A DNA stretch of 64,000 nucleotides from an uncultured virus (IMG/VR IMGVR_UViG_3300028800_000070) (taxonomy: Duplodnaviria; Heunggongvirae; Uroviricota; Caudoviricetes). The stretch lies in IMG/VR virus record IMGVR_UViG_3300028800_000070. One strand, given 5' to 3'. Both the position numbers and the translations under genes were made by a program. Below, piece by piece: positions 58,057 to 64,000 of this stretch. Each line of letters opens with the position of its first letter. The first letter of the stretch is position 1. A model generated the notes under the pieces. The model saw nothing but the letters and a program-made list of their open reading frames with translations, searched no databases and was not told the DNA's origin.

Positions 58057-58812
58057 TTAAGTCCATGCTGATCCTGTTGTTGCTTGTCCGTTTTGATACA
58101 CCCCAACATCACTAGAAGTAATCATTGTTGGTGTAGCTGCAAGAGTTTTTAAAGAGTCTTCAAAGGTCTGTTCTTGTTGCGCTAAACTTTCCAAATTATC
58201 TTGCTCGTCTTTTGTTAATGTTACTCCTGCCGATTGATTAGCAAGAAGTACTTGTAACTGTTGCGCGTTTTCAGTTGTCCAGCCTGTCATTTGCATTGCA
58301 CTTGTTACGTTCTCATCACTGAATGCTTGCGTCCAAGGTAAAAGTTGCTTAGTTTCCTGTGCAGACCCAGCGGCAACTTGTTGTGAAGCGTTAGTTTCTG
58401 CTGTCCCAAGATTAGTATTAGCTCGTGATTCATCTGTTGTTGCTGTTGCGAGTTGCGCTTGTAAAGGCGTTGTCATGTTTTGTTCAGCGGCAGTTTTTTG
58501 TCCATCTGTAAGAATACTCTGTTGACTTGCTTGCCCAACTGTTTTGCCTACATTTGCGATTTGTGTATTGAGTTTATCCTCAGTTGCTTGGTCGTTTGAA
58601 ACTTCTCCTTGCAACTGAGGGACACCAAATTGACTATTTGCCGTATTAGTCATTGACTGAACGGTTGGCTGTGAATTGATCGCATTTGTATAGCCTGTTT
58701 CTAAGTTGTTATACGTACTTTGAATTTGTGGAACAGGCGAAGGAGTTCCCGTAAAGGAAACATTTGCGCTTGTATCTTCAGTGATTGGGGTGGTGCCATC
58801 TCCTGTTGCCAT
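58057..58812 (-). CDS. putative ejection protein
   Basis: Homolog of 11747..12619; leaderless TACAAT-6nt-ATG. Confidence 0.6.
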   Translation of the reverse strand: MATGDGTTPITEDTSANVSFTGTPSPVPQIQSTYNNLETGYTNAINSQPTVQSMTNTANSQFGVPQLQGEVSNDQATEDKLNTQIANVGKTVGQASQQSILTDGQKTAAEQNMTTPLQAQLATATTDESRANTNLGTAETNASQQVAAGSAQETKQLLPWTQAFSDENVTSAMQMTGWTTENAQQLQVLLANQSAGVTLTKDEQDNLESLAQQEQTFEDSLKTLAATPTMITSSDVGVYQNGQATTGSAWT

Positions 58813-58877
58813 AAAATAATTGTAGCACGTTTCACAACTTGAAAAAATAGTGTATCTACTCTACAATAGGTAGAGTT

Positions 58878-59063
58878 ATGACCAATATCAGTAGAAGGGG
58901 TTTTGCCTCACTATCACCAGAGAAAAGAAGAACAGTAGCTCGCATGGGTGGCTTACGTGCTGCTCAACTTGGTAAAAGTCACCGCTTCACCCATGAGCAA
59001 GCTGTGGAAGCAGGAAAGAAAGGAAAGAAAAAGCCTTATGGAACAATTACTGATAATCTTTGA
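58878..59063 (+). CDS. KGG-motif stress-induced-type small protein
   Basis: RGFASLSPEKRR.VARMGG...H.FT.E.A.EAGKKG. Confidence 0.75.
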   Translation: MTNISRRGFASLSPEKRRTVARMGGLRAAQLGKSHRFTHEQAVEAGKKGKKKPYGTITDNL

Positions 59064-59310
59064 TAGTTTATTATTTCTTTTGGTTGGTTGGTTCTTGGGT
59101 AGACATCCTGAAAAGGTCAAGCTGATAGAGAAAATACCTGATAACCCAGAGGAAACCAAAAAACCCAATGGGTTACACGGGGTTCCTGTTAAGTCAGGGG
59201 TTATTGATTATCCAAGTCAGGCTGATATTGATTACACTGGCTCAGAAGAAGAGAAAACAGATAAAGAACGTGAGAGGATTTTTAATAGAGATTTTACACC
59301 AAATGCCTAA
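59038..59310 (+). CDS. membrane-anchored protein
   Basis: MEQLLII TM; counterpart of 34566..34877. Confidence 0.55.
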   Translation: MEQLLIIFDSLLFLLVGWFLGRHPEKVKLIEKIPDNPEETKKPNGLHGVPVKSGVIDYPSQADIDYTGSEEEKTDKERERIFNRDFTPNA

Positions 59311-59665
59311 TTTCTACTGTTACAATCATAATGAAGAACACTTCGCCTCTGGTTGGCATGGGAAGCCAGTGAAAACAGAAAAGGGAATTGAAATCCAACA
59401 TTTTTGTAATGAAAATATAACTTATCCTGAATTTACAACACAAAAGATTAAAGATGAACGAGTTGAATTTGCGAACGATCAACTGCAAAGAACTAGAGGC
59501 GGAGAATGGTCACGGGAGTTTTTTGAAGCACACCCCCAGGTTACAAAACAGATGTTAAAAGACAAGGCCATAACAAAAAAAGATATTAAAAATTCCAAAT
59601 ATGTCTGGCGTTCAGATGTCAAGGGAGTCACCAAAAAGGTGGATGCAGAGGCATTAATTAAATGA
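59303..59665 (+). CDS. hypothetical, homolog of 35180..35515
   Basis: EFTTQKIKDERVEFAND. Confidence 0.55.
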   Translation: MPNFYCYNHNEEHFASGWHGKPVKTEKGIEIQHFCNENITYPEFTTQKIKDERVEFANDQLQRTRGGEWSREFFEAHPQVTKQMLKDKAITKKDIKNSKYVWRSDVKGVTKKVDAEALIK

Positions 59666-60000
59666 AAAACATTAACGAAAGATTTACTGTCATGTCCTAT
59701 GCTATTACTGATTGGTGCGGTCAATGGTATGTAACCGCTATCGGTATGGTTGCTCTTATTGGTTGGATTGCGCTAGGTTCTCCAATGCACTATTCAGATA
59801 CATGGCAACTTGTAGCAAACACTCCAACAACATGGATTGAGTTATTTTTAGGTTTTTTTACCTTAGCTGCTGCCAATCGCAATGACAAACGTAGTAAACA
59901 ATTAATAGATCAACAGAACGAATTACTTAGGAAAATAGCTAATCTTGAACAACAATTACTACAAAAAGAAGAAAGCATAGAAGTAGAAATAAAAGGTTGA
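59662..60000 (+). CDS. DUF1003-like membrane protein
   Basis: ITDWCG, two TM segments, AANR then coil. Confidence 0.6.
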   Translation: MKNINERFTVMSYAITDWCGQWYVTAIGMVALIGWIALGSPMHYSDTWQLVANTPTTWIELFLGFFTLAAANRNDKRSKQLIDQQNELLRKIANLEQQLLQKEESIEVEIKG

Positions 60001-60031
60001 CAATTGTAGAGTAACTATAGTATTATTATCC

Positions 60032-60388
60032 GTGTCAGGAAAAACAGAAAAAGCCATTAGAAAGTTAGCAAAACAGGAACTAGAAAAACGCATGCAATCA
60101 AACGGACAACCACCACAAAGACAAGTCAACATTTTAGATGAACTTGTAAAATTCATAACAACCTCTGAGATACTAACAGGCGCAAAACCAGACTCAATAA
60201 CTTTGACAGATGCAGTATATAACGCGTATGTGCAAACTGCTCAAAATAACGCTGAAGATTTGGGATTAAACCCAGGATTTAAAACAGGAGAGCCAACATT
60301 TCTAGGGGTAAAACTAATTAAGAAATCACCACTTATTGTACCTGCAGCACCATCAATTGTAACCCCACCAACAGAGCCAACTAACTAA
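60032..60388 (+). CDS. hypothetical protein
   Basis: GTG start after a TTGACA-18nt-TATTAT promoter. Confidence 0.55.
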   Translation: MSGKTEKAIRKLAKQELEKRMQSNGQPPQRQVNILDELVKFITTSEILTGAKPDSITLTDAVYNAYVQTAQNNAEDLGLNPGFKTGEPTFLGVKLIKKSPLIVPAAPSIVTPPTEPTN

Positions 60389-60641
60389 AAGCACTTCCAG
60401 ACTTCCAAGCTGTTCCAGTCCAAAAGCTCATCACAAAAGTATCTGTAGCGAAATATAAAACTATCTCATTCGTTGTCACAGGTCTATCGGCTGCCAACCC
60501 AAATTTTACCATCGTATAGCCAGCCTTTAAATTTCTCTGTCCAATTATTCCGGCAGGTAAAGTCTTTGGAGTCATTGACGGAACCACTGGCTGTTGTGGT
60601 GTTACTACGGGTTGAGATGATAAAAGGTTAGTATCCGTCAT
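60381..60641 (-). CDS. small tail-associated protein
   Basis: GLAADRP...ATDT..MSFWTGTAWKS. Confidence 0.6.
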   Translation of the reverse strand: MTDTNLLSSQPVVTPQQPVVPSMTPKTLPAGIIGQRNLKAGYTMVKFGLAADRPVTTNEIVLYFATDTFVMSFWTGTAWKSGSAFS

Positions 60642-61246
60642 GTATTTATAGGCTGAGTTAATGCTTTTTCTATTGACCAACGATACCTAATTCTACTTCT
60701 TAAAGAGGAATAACCGATATTCAAAAACTTTGCCCACCCTGCTATTGTCTTTGTTTGTCCTTGAAATGTGAGTAAATGAATATGGCCTTGTCGATGATTG
60801 TTATTTTGTTCTTTACGTGTTGACCACTTACAATTAGCAAGTTCATAATTACCATCATTATCTATTCTGTCTATAGTTAGAATATCACTGTAACCATTCC
60901 GCATATCTTCCCAAAAGTTCTCAAATTTCTGCCATCGTTCACAAACAGTAATTCCACGGCCTCCGTAATATTTATATTGATGATGATCGGGATTTTGACA
61001 GCGAGTTTTCATATCTGCCCATATTTGATATTGTCTACTTTTATACAATCCATGAGAAGTTTTTAATTCTCGATTCAGACATCCACAGGATTGAGTAAAC
61101 CCACCTTTTAAATGATAATAATCTATCTCTTTTATATTCCCACAATCACATTTACAGAGACAAATTCTACGGCTACTTTTTATATACTGTTTGAGTACCA
61201 GTAATCTACTGAACTGTTGCCCTGTTAAGTCTATAGCTCTTCTCAT
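60638..61246 (-). CDS. free-standing HNH-type homing endonuclease
   Basis: DLTGQ.F.RL, CKCDCG, SCGC, YGGRGITVCERW, TIDRIDNDGNY; absent between the homologous genes at 13022. Confidence 0.8.
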   Translation of the reverse strand: MRRAIDLTGQQFSRLLVLKQYIKSSRRICLCKCDCGNIKEIDYYHLKGGFTQSCGCLNRELKTSHGLYKSRQYQIWADMKTRCQNPDHHQYKYYGGRGITVCERWQKFENFWEDMRNGYSDILTIDRIDNDGNYELANCKWSTRKEQNNNHRQGHIHLLTFQGQTKTIAGWAKFLNIGYSSLRSRIRYRWSIEKALTQPINT

Positions 61247-61265
61247 ATAAGTATATCTTATTATA

Positions 61266-64000
61266 TCACGCTTGGCGTTCATCATCCAATGTGTCACTTT
61301 CAAGAGTCGATTGTGTAAATGCAACTGACTGGCTTGTGTTTACCCAATCGACAGCGAATTGTGCTTCCTTTACTCTTTGATTAATTGTACCTCGGATATC
61401 ACTTGCTCCTGCATTACTTTGTGTTTTTAAAGGAATCCAACTACTTGCTCTATCTGGCTTCCATTTAAGGCTTACGCTTTGTCCAGCAACCAGTGGTAAG
61501 AAGTCTTGTCTAAATACAAATGGTAATTTCTTAGAAGCTACACTCCCAAGATCGGTAATAAGATATTCAACCGTTCCTGTTGGATATGGATCAGCATCTT
61601 CATCAATGACATCAATCCCAAAAGTGTTACTATTCTGAAATCCTGCATACAGCTTACCATCTCTCGCAATAAGGCATCCTACTTTTACCATGTTATTTGT
61701 GTTGTCTCCAATAGACAACGGGTTATCAAAGCCTACACTCATGGGATCTTGATCTGTATATTGACCATAACTATAAATACCATTATGAATAGTTGAAGAA
61801 TTACTGTTAAGTGCAGCACCAATTCTATTAATCCCGTTCCACATTGTCATGGCTCCTGGCGCAATCTCAACCGTGTCACCCAGAGCAACATTAGGTAATC
61901 TAAAGGCAACAGTAGCATCCGTACGGGCTGTATATCTGAAGGTTGATGGATAACCAGTATACTCAAGCATTGTCCCTTTATATCCTGCTGCTATCAGTAA
62001 CCCACCTTGAGTGCCAATCATGGCATTAACCCCACCTTGCGAGACTAAAAGACTATCAATATATGTATCAGACTCACCATCCCAGAAGAACAAAATACCC
62101 CTGTCACTATCAGTAATTTGATTACCAAACCACATACCAATAACAATATATTGCTGCCAGAAAGTCAGACTTCGGATTCGATAACCAGAGGGGAAAATAA
62201 GACGGGCTGGATTATACACATTTCCTGCCTGTAATGTGGCTAAATACCTCTCGTTTGCGATACAAGTAAAGTTTTGAAACTGTACTGCCATATGGTAAAT
62301 ATCATCAACAAGTATTTGGAAATAGGTTGCAAGGTACGCTGTTCCTAATTGTGAGGCTGTTCCAGTAACAACTTTACCATCATTAACAGTTGAGGTTACA
62401 TGAACATGATAATCAGCGTTTAAAACAATTCGCTCAGAATTTGGGAATTTAAACTCATAAATACCAGTTTGCAAATCAGCGTTAAGAACAGTCATTGTCG
62501 CCACAACATCGTTTAACTCATCATGTACCGTTACTGTCCAGTTACCAGTTCCTACCGTATCAATATCAAGAGCAAGCGATTTGAATGGCTCTTTGGTAGG
62601 AGTAAAAGGAAGTTTGTTTGCTGTTGCTTCGCTCAGTGAGGTCAATAATGTATACGTAAATCCAGTGTTACTTAAAAGTACATCCTGATCGCCACGAATT
62701 GTCACACCTTTAAAAGCTACATCTGTTGAATACGTTGGAGTATTATTGCCAGTCAAGGTATTGTTTGCGCTCGTCTGTACATCTGTCAACGCTCCATCAA
62801 ACGGATAGTAAGCCACTAAGTTATCTTCAGCTCCCGACAATACTTGGTTGTAATAAGCGGATATTTCAGCGGCACTTCTTACATCAGCCCAAATACGCAC
62901 ATCATCTATCAAACCATCATAAAAGCCTGTCTTTGCACTACCACTATTCACATAACAACCAATACCAAAGATTGCAGCGTTTTGATTGATTGCTGTTTTC
63001 GTGCCTATTTTTGTGCCTATTGGTTGAGCATTTTCATAAAAAATAGCAGTCGAAGTAGACGATTGCCAAGAGACACTATAGAATTTATACACTTCCGTAA
63101 AATCATCAATGCTTTGTGTGTATGTTTCAAAAGTTGAATCATCAGAAGAAATATAGAGCCTGAGAGCGTAACCATTAGCTAATCCCAGGTTATTATCTTG
63201 AATTGCATTAAATGTAGGCAACGTAGTTCCCGTGGGTGTAGACGAGAAATAATCAATAACAACACGACCATCTGATCCAGCAGGAAGTACTCCAGATGCC
63301 TGTCCACCTGTTGCTGTAATAGTATTCGTTCCCACATTAGGTGCTGATTGTATTCTAAGATAAACAAAGCCTCCGGCTCCTGCTGCTGAATAATGTCCAT
63401 CATTCCCGTCTTGATGCGCATTTCCACCATTTGCCTGAATTAAACCAGTACCAGTCATACTTGCCCCTGTTATATAAACTCCTCCACCACCACTTGAGCC
63501 TCCCCATACGTCAATTGATTCACGACCTGCACCACCACCAGCCGCACCATAAAGAAATGTTGTTAAATCTGATGCATCAGGTGCGATATTTCCTGCCTGC
63601 CCAACAATGTATCCCGCTCCGCGACCATACCCATTATTTCCTGTATTTGCGTGTCCTGCTGAACCTCCACTGGCTGTACCCCCCGAGCTATTTGTATTTT
63701 CTCCACCACCACCAGCTGATCCATTAGATGAGGTTGATCGAATACCAACTCCTACTTCTGACTCACCTTGATATCCTGGAACATTAACACCACCGACACC
63801 ATTACCACCTCTGAAACCACCACCCGTTGCACCCGTATTAGAACTGGTAAACGTACCATTTGCTACAATATTCCCATTTCTTGTAAAAATACCATTATAT
63901 AGAAATGCTAAAAGTCCTCCGGTTGTTCCATTCCACGCTTTTGCTGTCCATGTAACACCAGTATTTATCGTAACGTTTATATATTGTTTCAAGACTAATA
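61266..64000 (-). CDS. large tail structural protein (5' end outside the window), homolog of 13022..16705
   Basis: Identical NTGVTWTAKAWNGTTGG, NERYLA, PGAMT; LamG YDGLIDDVRIW. Confidence 0.8.
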   Translation of the reverse strand, partial: LVLKQYINVTINTGVTWTAKAWNGTTGGLLAFLYNGIFTRNGNIVANGTFTSSNTGATGGGFRGGNGVGGVNVPGYQGESEVGVGIRSTSSNGSAGGGGENTNSSGGTASGGSAGHANTGNNGYGRGAGYIVGQAGNIAPDASDLTTFLYGAAGGGAGRESIDVWGGSSGGGGVYITGASMTGTGLIQANGGNAHQDGNDGHYSAAGAGGFVYLRIQSAPNVGTNTITATGGQASGVLPAGSDGRVVIDYFSSTPTGTTLPTFNAIQDNNLGLANGYALRLYISSDDSTFETYTQSIDDFTEVYKFYSVSWQSSTSTAIFYENAQPIGTKIGTKTAINQNAAIFGIGCYVNSGSAKTGFYDGLIDDVRIWADVRSAAEISAYYNQVLSGAEDNLVAYYPFDGALTDVQTSANNTLTGNNTPTYSTDVAFKGVTIRGDQDVLLSNTGFTYTLLTSLSEATANKLPFTPTKEPFKSLALDIDTVGTGNWTVTVHDELNDVVATMTVLNADLQTGIYEFKFPNSERIVLNADYHVHVTSTVNDGKVVTGTASQLGTAYLATYFQILVDDIYHMAVQFQNFTCIANERYLATLQAGNVYNPARLIFPSGYRIRSLTFWQQYIVIGMWFGNQITDSDRGILFFWDGESDTYIDSLLVSQGGVNAMIGTQGGLLIAAGYKGTMLEYTGYPSTFRYTARTDATVAFRLPNVALGDTVEIAPGAMTMWNGINRIGAALNSNSSTIHNGIYSYGQYTDQDPMSVGFDNPLSIGDNTNNMVKVGCLIARDGKLYAGFQNSNTFGIDVIDEDADPYPTGTVEYLITDLGSVASKKLPFVFRQDFLPLVAGQSVSLKWKPDRASSWIPLKTQSNAGASDIRGTINQRVKEAQFAVDWVNTSQSVAFTQSTLESDTLDDERQA

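Noticed and set aside
60638..61265. Group I intron around the HNH gene
   Set aside because: Flanking genes end and start as their homologs do at 13022, leaving no room for a ribozyme core; treated as free-standing
1..64000. CRISPR array
   Set aside because: No regularly spaced direct repeats seen; the repeated GCTATGTGC elements are dispersed, one per gene start
1..64000. Diversity-generating retroelement or retron
   Set aside because: No reverse transcriptase motifs; duplicated genes are whole diverged homologs, not adenine-specific TR/VR pairs
1..64000. Stop-codon reassignment
   Set aside because: Code 11 gives dense full-length genes, and TAA, TAG and TGA all end coupled ORFs

Overview
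The window is entirely phage-like, AT-rich, reads well in genetic code 11, and is coded almost wholly on the minus strand; no host housekeeping genes were seen. It holds a near-complete podovirus-like (P22-type) late region at about 4.5-37.8 kb: GroES/GroEL, TerS, TerL, portal, scaffold, major capsid, accessory structural cassette, tail and ejection proteins, lysis genes. Two early regions lie at 1-4.1 kb and 38-47.7 kb, the second with a XerC-like recombinase, VRR-NUC, HNH and two tRNA-like elements. From 48.1 kb onward is the late region of a second, clearly related but rearranged phage. The junction between the two phages could not be located. Main unexplained signals: (1) an N-terminal motif F-x-R-L-[LN]-P-R-[YF] shared by eight otherwise unrelated virion proteins; (2) six roughly 30-nt leaders made of a -10 box, an ACAUA hairpin and a U-tract, five running straight into an AUG; (3) pervasive leaderless genes; (4) two antisense/attenuator-like structured leaders; (5) an I-x-QP repeat shared between a scaffold-like protein and the C-termini of neighbouring fibre-like proteins. 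All calls come from reading sequence and motifs by eye; no database searches were run.
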